Origin: a virus
Reading direction: 5' to 3' (one strand)
Length of the DNA: 64,000 nucleotides
IMG/VR virus record: IMGVR_UViG_3300029258_001308
Span: 12,806 to 76,805 of that record
Positions 27,219 to 36,900 of this stretch are shown in pieces. The position numbers were made by a program, and so were the translations under genes. The notes beneath the pieces were generated by a model. That model saw only the letters and a program-made list of their open reading frames with translations, was not told the origin of the DNA and did not search any database. Positions within the stretch are counted from its first letter, which is position 1; each line of letters opens with the position of its first letter.

Positions 27219-27713
27219 ATGGCATTCGAAAGAGGGGAGCTCACTGCCGAGGAATTCAAGAAATTCATCCTCGCGGGTCGAGCTATCGTCACCATCGAGA
27301 ACGAGGAGAGCCGTGGTCGCTTCACCTATCGAGTGAAGCACAAGAAAGGAGCCGGGGAACACGGGCCGTACTTCGTTGCGGTCCTTGCAGGGCCTGACAA
27401 CAATCACCACTATATGTACATCGGGACCCTCTGGTATGGAAGAGGAGGGCACTACGACTACAAGCACGAGGGCGGGTTCGTCCCGGACCTATACTTCAGG
27501 CACTCGCCCAAGAGCCGGGTGGGCAAAGAGACGGCAACCTTCCAGAGCTTCCTCTGGGTTACCAAGAGGCTGAACGCCACGAGCCCTGATCGTCCGTGGC
27601 CTCCACATATCAAGCTCTACCACGAAGGACGGTGCGGAAGATGCGGGAGACGGCTAACCGTCCCCGAGTCAATCAAGGCGGGCTACGGCCCGGAGTGTAT
27701 CCAGTTCGTATAG
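27219..27713 (+). CDS. DUF6011 zinc-finger protein
   Basis: HEGRCGRCGRRLTVPESIKAGYGPEC. Confidence 0.85.
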   Translation: MAFERGELTAEEFKKFILAGRAIVTIENEESRGRFTYRVKHKKGAGEHGPYFVAVLAGPDNNHHYMYIGTLWYGRGGHYDYKHEGGFVPDLYFRHSPKSRVGKETATFQSFLWVTKRLNATSPDRPWPPHIKLYHEGRCGRCGRRLTVPESIKAGYGPECIQFV

Positions 27714-27725
27714 GAGAGAGGGACC

Positions 27726-28064
27726 ATGGCCAAGAAGAAGACGAAGAAGAAGAAGGCGAGCGACAAGGATAAGCGGGTGAAGATCCTGGGGGAGGCGCTG
27801 AGCTTGAGCCCGGTGGATTTCCGCTGGCTACTGGACGAGCTCATCAGTACATCGAAGAGTCGCCGCAGAGCCAACAACATGATGGCCGCAGCGGACCTCT
27901 ACCCTGGAGCCAAGGTCAAGTGGACGGGTCCGGAGAAGCGGGGATTCAAGGTCGGGATGAAGGGCATGGTAACGAAGGTGGGCCGCACGCGGGTCCACGT
28001 TGACTTCGGCGGCACGAAGGGCATCTGGAAGGTCGGTGCCAATTTCCTGGAGAAGGACGAGTAG
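27726..28064 (+). CDS. SH3/Tudor-like small protein
   Basis: PGAKVKW...GMVTKVGRTRVHV...WKV. Confidence 0.55.
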   Translation: MAKKKTKKKKASDKDKRVKILGEALSLSPVDFRWLLDELISTSKSRRRANNMMAAADLYPGAKVKWTGPEKRGFKVGMKGMVTKVGRTRVHVDFGGTKGIWKVGANFLEKDE

Positions 28065-28099
28065 GACTTGAGCCACAGGCTCAGAAAGGGAGGACAGTC

Positions 28100-28429
28100 A
28101 TGGCAGGATTCGATGCGGACAAGATGAAGAAGATCAAGGAGGTGGACCTGGACGGGATCGTCATCTCGGTCTCGACCTACGACAACGGTCCCGCTAAGGT
28201 CGGGATCAATCGTTACTACGCGAAGCAGGGAGACGACGGGAAGGAGGAGATCAGGTTCAGGAAGCTTGGGCGCCTCTCGACCGAGGAGGCCAAGGGTATC
28301 GTGGAGTTCTTGCCGGAGTTGATCGAGGTCGCTGAGGCGGCGAACGCCAAGGGCGGCGGCAAGAAGGGCAGCAAGAAGAAGGCGAAGAAGAAGGGCGGCA
28401 AGAAGAAGAGCCGCGGAAAGGACAAGTAA
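28100..28429 (+). CDS. PC4-like ssDNA-binding protein with Lys-rich tail
   Basis: IVISVSTYDNGPAKVGINR...FRKLGRLS. Confidence 0.65.
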   Translation: MAGFDADKMKKIKEVDLDGIVISVSTYDNGPAKVGINRYYAKQGDDGKEEIRFRKLGRLSTEEAKGIVEFLPELIEVAEAANAKGGGKKGSKKKAKKKGGKKKSRGKDK

Positions 28430-28431
28430 CA

Positions 28432-28737
28432 ATGCCCTCTAACGGGAAGCCAATCTACTCCGGCAGCGACGACGAGTTGCTAGCCATAGCCCACAAGTCG
28501 ACTCCAGCGGAGATCGACCTTGGGCTGGGGCGCCCGGACAAAGAGGTCAGAATGGGGGCGCTGGTCAACGCTAAGTTGATGGTAGCGCACCTCGTGGCTT
28601 CGGCTCTCCAAGCCTTCTCCAACGGGGACGAAGACATGGAGGTCCGAGTACAGGCCGAGGATGTCTTGGACGACATGCTCGAAATCGTCGAGCAGTCCCA
28701 GGAGGCAATGAGCCGCCGCGGGATTTCTCACAAGTAA
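28432..28737 (+). CDS. Hypothetical protein
   Basis: Fills the gap in the operon. Confidence 0.5.
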   Translation: MPSNGKPIYSGSDDELLAIAHKSTPAEIDLGLGRPDKEVRMGALVNAKLMVAHLVASALQAFSNGDEDMEVRVQAEDVLDDMLEIVEQSQEAMSRRGISHK

Positions 28738-28747
28738 GGGGAGGGTC

Positions 28748-29002
28748 ATGGCAACGAACGGGACGATTGAACACGTCGGGGTTGTGGAGCGGGCCAACGA
28801 GGCGGCCCGGAACAAAAGGATCACAAGGAAGGAGGCGATCAAAGTACTGCAGCGTCTGATGCCCGGGTGCTACAAGCAGAGCGACTTCCGCTCGGCGGAC
28901 ATGGTCAGGCGGGAGCTGAGGCTCCTGCTCAAGCTCTCGCCACTCCAGCTTCGCCGCCGGAGGAGGAGAGCCATGGCGAGGAAGGGAGGGAGCCGTGGCT
29001 AA
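28748..29002 (+). CDS. Basic hypothetical protein
   Basis: GGGAGAGG RBS. Confidence 0.5.
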   Translation: MATNGTIEHVGVVERANEAARNKRITRKEAIKVLQRLMPGCYKQSDFRSADMVRRELRLLLKLSPLQLRRRRRRAMARKGGSRG

Positions 29003-29942
29003 GCGGAGACGCAAGCCGCTATCAGAGGCCGAGAAGCAGAAGAGGAAGGACCGTCGACGTGCTAGCAAAGAGAGGAGGGCCGAACGAGACGAGATCGCCA
29101 GGCAGCACAAGGTAGCTCAGCGACAGAAGAGCCTGGAGCGAAAGACGAACTACAAGCTCCAGGTTCTCAGCAAGCTGCCGGCCCAACGAATCCGTGATCT
29201 CATCCAACGGTGCGATGTCTGGACAGCACCGTACGGGTTGGCCTCGAAGATCATAGCTCGAGCCTTCCCGAAGTTGTACAAGATGGGTCTCCGGTTCACG
29301 TCAGGACATGGTCTGGTCACCGAGCTCAGAGCGATCGGGGCATGTCGACCCACCAGGCTATCCATCGCGACCGAGCGGTACGACAAGGAGACCAAGAAAC
29401 TTTCAACAGTCATCGCTCGGGAGGGTGAGATACCGCTGAGCGGACTCACCATCTATCGAGAACTCTACGACGAAGACCCTCCCGTCAACAAGCCCGAGTT
29501 CATCGGGATGAAGGCGGTCTACAAGTATCAACTCCTAATCTGGATCACTCAGAAGACCACGCCCAGTGGACTCATGTACACGTCGTTCGATCGAGCCAAC
29601 AAGGTTCTTCATGCCCAGAGCCAGGCCCAGTTAGACGAGGCGTTGGAAGGAAGGGGCTTCTGGAAGACCTGGCTGTCATCGGCTGCTGGAGCCGAGGCAG
29701 GTGTTCGAGTATCTGGCGGGAAGGTGAAGCGGGCTCGATCCAAGGGCGGGGCCATAGCCAAGGATGGCACGAACCTCGAGATGTTGACAGTCGAGGAACT
29801 CCTCAAGCGAAAGGAGAAGGTGGGCAAGACCGAGCAACGAAAGATACGGCGGCTTCTCCGGGCTCGAGGACACTCGATCAGGAACACGGAGAAGGGGGGC
29901 GGCAAGAAGAAGAAGACAGGGGGAAGGAAGGAGAAGAAGTAA
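28995..29942 (+). CDS. Basic hypothetical protein with a degenerate GHxGGL module
   Basis: GGGAGG RBS; RKIRRLLRARGHS. Confidence 0.65.
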   Translation: MAKRRRKPLSEAEKQKRKDRRRASKERRAERDEIARQHKVAQRQKSLERKTNYKLQVLSKLPAQRIRDLIQRCDVWTAPYGLASKIIARAFPKLYKMGLRFTSGHGLVTELRAIGACRPTRLSIATERYDKETKKLSTVIAREGEIPLSGLTIYRELYDEDPPVNKPEFIGMKAVYKYQLLIWITQKTTPSGLMYTSFDRANKVLHAQSQAQLDEALEGRGFWKTWLSSAAGAEAGVRVSGGKVKRARSKGGAIAKDGTNLEMLTVEELLKRKEKVGKTEQRKIRRLLRARGHSIRNTEKGGGKKKKTGGRKEKK

Positions 29943-30475
29943 TGCCCTACGGTCCTCCGCCATTCGAGATCATTACACATCAAGCATATCAGATGATCGC
30001 TGAGTGTATGGCTAAGCAGGAGATGGGCTACTCCTTTCTCAGCGACGTCCCCCACATACTCGGGAAGGAGATGGAAAAGCGTGGGGTCTCGGAGACCCAG
30101 GCCCGACGCATCTGGGAACTGGAAGTGGTCAACTGGCGGCTAGAGTTACGTCAGAAGCCCATGATCACATGGCGATACACGGAAGAGATATTCGTCTGGG
30201 TCAAGAGCAGACTGAAGGGGAACAAGAAGGTTCACTTCGTGATGCGTCGGAGAAGGAAGAACCCATTCTTCAGCGAGGTTGAGATCGGCCGAGACCTCGC
30301 ACTTCTCAAGCGCCTCAAGAAACACAAGCCCAAGAAGCAGAAGTCCAAGACCCCGAAGAAGGACAAGGTCAAGAGACTTCGAGCAGAACTCGAGGCCGCT
30401 ACCTCGCAGAAAGACAAGCGAGCACTCCGCCGCAAGTTGCGGAGGCTCGGGCACAAGGGGGGTCTGGGGTCCTAG
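29942..30475 (+). CDS. Basic protein with a C-terminal GHKGGL module
   Basis: TAATG coupling; RALRRKLRRLGHKGGL. Confidence 0.65.
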   Translation: MPYGPPPFEIITHQAYQMIAECMAKQEMGYSFLSDVPHILGKEMEKRGVSETQARRIWELEVVNWRLELRQKPMITWRYTEEIFVWVKSRLKGNKKVHFVMRRRRKNPFFSEVEIGRDLALLKRLKKHKPKKQKSKTPKKDKVKRLRAELEAATSQKDKRALRRKLRRLGHKGGLGS

Positions 30476-30722
30476 CCCCAGGCCCCTCGCGGGCTTCCCC
30501 TCGAACATCACTAATACAGTATATATCCCAAGTAGGAATCAAGCCGTATACGGCCGTATAAGGCCTGCGTTTTTTCCTCCCGTCAAATCACACCGGGACC
30601 TGGAAGAACGGCCGTACGCTACGCCGTACGGCTAGCCCGTAACGGCCCTGCTACGCCGTCCACGAGGACCGTTCCGGGGTCCGGTATCCGAGGGGTCTAT
30701 ATACCGGTAAGGTTATACCTAT

Positions 30723-31601
30723 TTAGTCGAGGGGTCCCAGGTCCTTCCCCAGGTCCTGGACCTCGTCGAGGGTTGCAGCCACGGTCCCGTGATGTCGGAC
30801 AACAGCGGCCGCTGCGAGGTTGGCGAACTTCACGGCCTCGGGTAGAATGACCCCGCGCTCAAGCTGAACAGCCAGAGCAGCGATCACGGTATCTCCCGCG
30901 CCCGTTACGTCGAACACTTCTACCTGATGACCGGGACAGTGGCCACTCGAGCCCTGGTCATACCAGAAGATGCCGTTGGAGCCGTCGGTCACGATGGCTC
31001 GTGTCTCCCATAACTTGGCCAGAGCCTCGGCGCACTCGTCAGCCCGGGCCATCCGGTAGCGGTGACCGAGCATGACGCGTGCTTCGTGCTTGTTGGGCTT
31101 CAGGTAGGTCAAGCCCTTCAGAGCGGGGGTGATTCGCTTAGGATCAACGATCGTTGGAATCCCTCGGCTCTTTAGGGACTCGATCAGCTCGTCTGTAACT
31201 ATCCCGTGCTGGTAGTCCTGAAGGATCACGAACCTTGTATCTTCGATCAGGTCCTCAGGTATCTCAGTGATGCCCGTGTTCTCTCTGGCCCTGTCGATAC
31301 GACACACTACTTGACGGTCGGCTACTATCCTCTGCTTGACCGTAGTCTGACCGGGGATTCGAGTGAAGTCGCACTTGAGTAAGGACTCGAGTCGGAGCCC
31401 GTCCTCGTCGAGGTCCCAGGCTCCAAGGAGACGTGACTTGCCTCCGAGAGTCCGGACATTCTGAGCCACGTTGGCCGCACCGCCAGCCATGTACTCGTGG
31501 TGCTTTGGATAGAGGACGGGTACGGGAGCCGTGGGCTCCAGCCTTCCCGCCATGTGGTGAGAGAAGATGTCCAGGATAGCATCGCCGATTGTCAGGATCA
31601 T
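30723..31601 (-). CDS. HldE/RfaE-type heptose-7-phosphate kinase (PfkB family), kinase domain only
   Basis: IGDAILD, APVPV, GGAANVAQN, TTVKQR, DY.HG, VDPK, KPNKHE, VFDVTGAGDTV. Confidence 0.85.
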   Translation of the reverse strand: MILTIGDAILDIFSHHMAGRLEPTAPVPVLYPKHHEYMAGGAANVAQNVRTLGGKSRLLGAWDLDEDGLRLESLLKCDFTRIPGQTTVKQRIVADRQVVCRIDRARENTGITEIPEDLIEDTRFVILQDYQHGIVTDELIESLKSRGIPTIVDPKRITPALKGLTYLKPNKHEARVMLGHRYRMARADECAEALAKLWETRAIVTDGSNGIFWYDQGSSGHCPGHQVEVFDVTGAGDTVIAALAVQLERGVILPEAVKFANLAAAAVVRHHGTVAATLDEVQDLGKDLGPLD

Positions 31602-32554
31602 GAGTACGCCCTCAGCATCTGAATGGCCATAAGGAAAACCTGCTCTGGCTCGATCGCGTTGAGAATCGAGCACCCAGACTGACGACACTTGCCAGAAATC
31701 TCTTTGGGAGGAAGCAGCTGACACGGAGGCTTGCAGCCTTCACGATGCTCGGTGATCGGGAAGATGGGATGCGTCTTTCGATACGGGTGACAGGTAACCC
31801 ATCCGTTAGTGGACCCGAATAGAGATAGAGTCGGGACATCCAAGAAAGATGCAAAGTGAAGAAGCCCCGAGTCGGGTGTGATCATGAGCGAGCAGCGTTG
31901 AATAAGAGAGGCCACCTTCGTGAAGGAGAGCCGCATGGCCAACGCTCCGGGGAAGTTCCTTAGACGACGTGGTACATGGTCGAACGAGATGATGTTGAGG
32001 CCGGCCTTGTCGAGAAGCTCGGCCAGCTTCCTCCACTTCTCCGGCGGCCAATTCCTGAGAGGATCGGTTGAGTACGGTTCGAGCCCTACGACGATGCCGT
32101 GCGTGTTGACCCAGTTACCGTCGAGCCAGCCTTGAGCCCAGTTCTTCTCGGCCTCGGTTACCCGATAGCAGTCGACCACAAGGGGAACGTCGTAGATGTC
32201 CGAGGCCTCACAGAAACATCTGATCCTTGACTTGTGTCGTTTCTCTCGGAACTCCTTCTCATGTGCCCAGCCGGGACAGTACAGGGAATAGGTGGCGTCG
32301 GCATCATCGGTCTCTTTGAGGTATGGGTATCGCTCGGAGTCGAACGGTCCGTCCTGGGGGCGGCGACGATGGATCGAGGTCTCTGACCAACGATCTACGT
32401 ACGGGCAGTGCTCGACGAGTTCTCGGTAGGTCCGGATGCCGACGTACGTGATCTCGACATCAGGCTGTCTAAGCTTCCAGCCCTTGGCCACCGGGAGTGT
32501 GCAGAGAACGTCGCCTAACCCGCCGGCTTCTCTGAGGAGTCGCACCTTGTACAA
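31598..32554 (-). CDS. Glycosyltransferase family 9 (heptosyltransferase-like)
   Basis: GGLGDVL, RNWP, ITPDSGLLHFA...LFGST, C-terminal Cys cluster. Confidence 0.85.
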   Translation of the reverse strand: MYKVRLLREAGGLGDVLCTLPVAKGWKLRQPDVEITYVGIRTYRELVEHCPYVDRWSETSIHRRRPQDGPFDSERYPYLKETDDADATYSLYCPGWAHEKEFREKRHKSRIRCFCEASDIYDVPLVVDCYRVTEAEKNWAQGWLDGNWVNTHGIVVGLEPYSTDPLRNWPPEKWRKLAELLDKAGLNIISFDHVPRRLRNFPGALAMRLSFTKVASLIQRCSLMITPDSGLLHFASFLDVPTLSLFGSTNGWVTCHPYRKTHPIFPITEHREGCKPPCQLLPPKEISGKCRQSGCSILNAIEPEQVFLMAIQMLRAYS

Positions 32555-33951
32555 GACTGTTCTCCAGCTCTCTCTGTCTGAGCCTGAGCATGGCGTGGCT
32601 CAGCGTTGATCCAATCGCTCTGGGTGGTCTCGCTAAGAATCCAAGCACATTCCTTGAGCCAGACCTTCTTGAACATACAGAGTGCAGGGTCGGAGTTGTG
32701 GATGTCTCCGGTGTGTTGCTTCGAGACTACTCGACACCCTCCACCACAGTAGTTCCGTGCCCAGCACGATGGACACTTCGTTCGACAGTACCACCTGTTG
32801 TCCTTCCACTCTTCTCGAGCTTGCTCGCTGATTCCATAGGCTAGACTTCCGATGGGGTCCACGCCCTCACGGTGACACGGCAGGATATCACCGCTAGGAT
32901 TCACGGCGTAGAATCCCCAGGCAGCTCCACACTCGGAAGGCTGTGGCATTCTCCGAGCCAGCCGTCTCAGCGTGGCTTCGAAGTGGAAGAACCGAGGATT
33001 GTAGCTGGTCTTCCTACGAGACACGAACCACTCGGCGGCCTCGTAGTACTGTCTATTGACAAGCTCTCGATGTTCGTCCGAGGTCCCGAAGATCATCTGC
33101 TTCTCGCCGATATTGTGGCAGGAGGTCTCGGATAGATTCAGAGGCTCGACGGATACTGATCCCGCCATCCCCTTCCTCACCAACTCGTTGAGGAACTCTA
33201 ACCTCGAGACCAGCTGAACGTCGTCGGCCCCGAATGTTGCTCGAAGCGTGGTCCTCTTAGCCAAGCCAGGATAGTCAAGCATCTTTTCGAGGGCCTGCAT
33301 CGTGCTCTCCCAGGAATTGAAGGTGTCTCTCCTGGCCGGGCGATTCTTGTTGTGGATGTCCTCAGGTCCATCTATCGAAATGATCATGGAGAAATTCTGC
33401 TGACTGAGGAAGTCGAGCTTTTCCTTATCGAGACATGTCCCGTTAGTGGTGATATGAAGATTCAGGTACGACTGCCTCATCTCGGCTAATGATCGTGCGT
33501 ACAGGGCTCCTTCCTTGACAAGCTTCCACGACTTGGGAAGAGTGGGCTCCCCACCGAAGAAAGAAATCCCGAAGCGGCCCCTCTTACCAAGCTGAGGAAT
33601 ACCGTTGAAGTAGTGATCGATCGCCTGTTGAAGAACAGTGGGTGTCATGTACTTGAGTTCCTTCGTCGCGGAGTAGTGACGAACGAAGCAGTAACGACAT
33701 CCGAGATTGCAGTCATGGCAGACGTTCAGACAGAGCTGTACCGGGAACGGCCTGACGAAGTAAGGAAAGTTGGGGGCGTCGAAAGAAGCAGCCGGCTCGG
33801 TATCCCACTCCTCTAATTCGAAGAGCTCCATCGAGTTGGGATCGTAAGCTAACCTCTTCCCATGGGTGCGAAGAACGTGTATCCTAGCGTTCTCGGCGGG
33901 GTATCGTTTGAGGCGGGGGGACTTCTCCACCGCAGGGTTCAAGGACTGCAT
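32515..33951 (-). CDS. Radical SAM/SPASM peptide maturase, SCIFF/CteB-like, with N-terminal RRE-like region
   Basis: LCLNVCHDCNLGCRYCF, FFGGEP, TTNG, SIDG; SPASM CGA..Y.VNPSGDILPCH...CPSCWARNYCGGGC...C. Confidence 0.9.
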   Translation of the reverse strand: MQSLNPAVEKSPRLKRYPAENARIHVLRTHGKRLAYDPNSMELFELEEWDTEPAASFDAPNFPYFVRPFPVQLCLNVCHDCNLGCRYCFVRHYSATKELKYMTPTVLQQAIDHYFNGIPQLGKRGRFGISFFGGEPTLPKSWKLVKEGALYARSLAEMRQSYLNLHITTNGTCLDKEKLDFLSQQNFSMIISIDGPEDIHNKNRPARRDTFNSWESTMQALEKMLDYPGLAKRTTLRATFGADDVQLVSRLEFLNELVRKGMAGSVSVEPLNLSETSCHNIGEKQMIFGTSDEHRELVNRQYYEAAEWFVSRRKTSYNPRFFHFEATLRRLARRMPQPSECGAAWGFYAVNPSGDILPCHREGVDPIGSLAYGISEQAREEWKDNRWYCRTKCPSCWARNYCGGGCRVVSKQHTGDIHNSDPALCMFKKVWLKECAWILSETTQSDWINAEPRHAQAQTERAGEQSCTRCDSSEKPAG

Positions 33952-33987
33952 TGTTCTACTCTCCTTTCTTTCTCAACGCCTCTTTAG

Positions 33988-36900
33988 TTAGGGCGAGGAG
34001 ATTGAGTCAACCTTGGCATTGTCAGTGTAGCCAGGTCCTTGTACATTCAGACCGAGAGAGTGGCTCGAGTACTCTCCAGCGACGGCCACGCTTCGAACAG
34101 CCGAGTGTCCGTCGAACTCGGCCTTGACCTGAGTTGGTGTGATGATGAGCTTCAGCGTCCCCGATTTTGAGAAGAGATCAGTCGTCCAGCTTCCTGCCCA
34201 CACGGTCACGTCGGCGTAACCCGAGACCGAGATTCTAGCACCCGTGCGTCCCTCGAAGTACCATTCAGGTTCCTCTCCTTGCCACCGGCCCTGAATCAAC
34301 GCCCACGCGGTCAAACCCTTCCCGCCTTTGACCGAGCCCCAAGCAATATCTGCACTGTAGATCGGGTCGTAGGGATAACCAGAGTATTGTGCGATATAGC
34401 ACGGGAGTGTGAAGGTGGCTGATTGATCGGGGTTCCTTCTCTGATCCGCCCAACTAAGGCTGCCACTCGAATTCCCCGCCTTGAGCTTTACCTCCCCGCC
34501 GACGATTTCGAAGACGGGTGTCTCGGCGTCAATCCAGAGTGAGAGGTCACCGCTGAATCCATCGTTCGGCCACGTCCCGTACTCGTAAGGCTCGGTCGAG
34601 ACACCCTGAGTCTCAGCTGATCCGGAGGTACAGTCGTGATCACAGGTCGTCTCGCATCCGGTGGACTCGCACTGCGACTCGCAGTACATCTCGCAGCAGG
34701 TCTCTTGACCAATGGCTCCGCCCGGGAGCATGATCATGCAGAAGACCATGCAAGCCTGGAGTGCGCAAGGAGGCCCGCCCTGATCTGCGGCCGCGGCGCA
34801 GAGTAGTTCGCACACGTTGACGCAGGACCCTTCACACGCATACTCGCATGTGAACTCGCAGCCGGTCTGAGTCCATATCTCGCAGACCGACTCGCATCCC
34901 GTCTGACACTCGGTCTCACAGGCGGTAAGACATCCGGCCCAGACAGGAAGACGAAGCTCGAACTCGATCTCGTCCATCTTGGCGTCAGCGCCTGCACCGG
35001 GACTGTGCCTCAATCCTACTACGTCGCCTTTCTGACCAGAAAGGAAGTAGTCGGTTAGATCGAGAGAGACCCAGTCTCCACGCTGAAGGTCGAGCTCGGT
35101 TAGATAGGTCTTGAAACTTACTCGTCGACGAAGACGCCTCCGCATAGCCAGCCAGAACGACGCGATGCTAGAGACGTACTGCTTCTGGCCGTAGGCCCAG
35201 AAGTCGTATCGCTCGGCCCTTCTACCATAGGCTGCTTCAGCCGCGGTGTCCCGAACCGTCAGCTCCTTCTCTTCACCACGCTCGTTCCATACTGCCACGA
35301 TCTCCGAAAGGACGTAATCGAAGTCGTCCCACGAGAGCTTCACTGAATCAACCGTGATCTCGTCGTCACCCGTGATAGTAGCGGCGACAGACCCAGCGCC
35401 GTTCCTGAGGAAGCCGATAGTAGCGAGACCGTCTTCCCACTTGAACTCGGACCGAGCCTGGAAGCCCATGTCAGCACAGAGGTCCATGAGGTTTCTTTGA
35501 CTGCCGAGCGCGAAGCCGAACCGCAGCCAGCCAGTCGCGGACTCAACCGATGAGAATGCAGACGTGTCTATCTCCGAGGCGCCCACTCCTCCCCAGGTCT
35601 CGAGGAACTTCTTGATAACGGCGGCGGGATTCTCGATGACAGTTCCCGACCCGTCTCCCACGCTGTCGAGTCCCTCGATGTCAACCTTGATGTCGTTGGT
35701 GGAAATCTGGTAGCCCGGGATGAACTTCGGTGGATTGTAGAACGTGATGGTGGTACAGTTGTGGCCGAGAATCCCGACGAACTGCGAGTCATTGAGGTTC
35801 ACATCGTAGTGTTCAGGGTGGATTACGATGTCGCGGTCTTCCTCGGAATCAGCAACCTGACCGATGAGATACGCGTCTTCCCAGTTCGGATTCGGGATTC
35901 CGGGTACTCCACCGCCAAGGCCGATTCGATTGAGAACCGTCTCGGTGTCGGTCTGGAGCGATAGTAGCTTCTTCCCGTGAACATAGACGTTGTTGACCCG
36001 GGCCGACGGGTACTCGTTCACTATCCAGGTGTACTGATCGAGCAGCCGATAGCACTCAGAGCCCGCGTCATGAGCCGTAGGAATCCCGACGATCGAGTAC
36101 CCATGTCCGTAGGGAAGAGTATAGACATGACCGACACATGTAAAAGTATCGCCTTCGATGAACGTCGGCCCTTCAAGCATGAACTCGGGCATGTAGTAGA
36201 TGGTCTTCGAAGTGCCGTCGTATCTCCAGATCTTTCTCCACTGCCACCCCGCTGCAGAGTAATCGGGTCTCGGAGTATTGGAGACCGAGATGGGAACTTC
36301 TCTGAAGGCGGGATTGATGTACCCGGGGACCCAGGTCTTCACGTAGAACCCGGTGTACGCGTTGTCCCCGTCAGCGGGAAGGTCACCGTCTATGAAGGCG
36401 CCGTTGTACTCCGGGTGAGAGCCCTTGACCGTACCAGTGTAGATCGCTTCGCCTCTAGCTAGAACCGTGAAGGTTCGGCCGTCGATGGTACCTCGAACTA
36501 CTTCCTCATTGATCCGAAGAGTAAGCTCGGTCCCGGGGGCCATATCCTCGAAACCTTCGATGAACCAGTTATCGATCTGAGATGCCGATACCGGGTTCAT
36601 CAATCGCCCAATCTTACCCATTGTGACGTTCACAGGCTCGACCATCTGCGGCTTCCCAACGCAGATGGGAATCATTCGACCCTCGTGATTCTCGGCGATG
36701 TCGGGGAAGTCATCGATCGTGGCCAGCACTCCTACTGTACGATTGTAGTGCACAGCCTTGGAGACGAGGTCAAGCGTGATCTTCCTATTGTTCTCGTCCC
36801 AGTCGAATGGCCCGGAGACGAACCCGTCGATCAGTGTGACAAGGTCAGTCTCGAGAAGCCCGGCCTCGGTCCAGAACTGATACATCGCGACAGGCTTGTC

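Noticed and set aside
32515-33951. Anaerobic sulfatase maturase or PqqE call
   Set aside because: No sulfatase or pqq genes nearby; the LCLNxxHDCNL and CWA.xYC.GGC patterns plus the N-terminal extension fit SCIFF-type maturases better. Not formally excluded without HMM scores.
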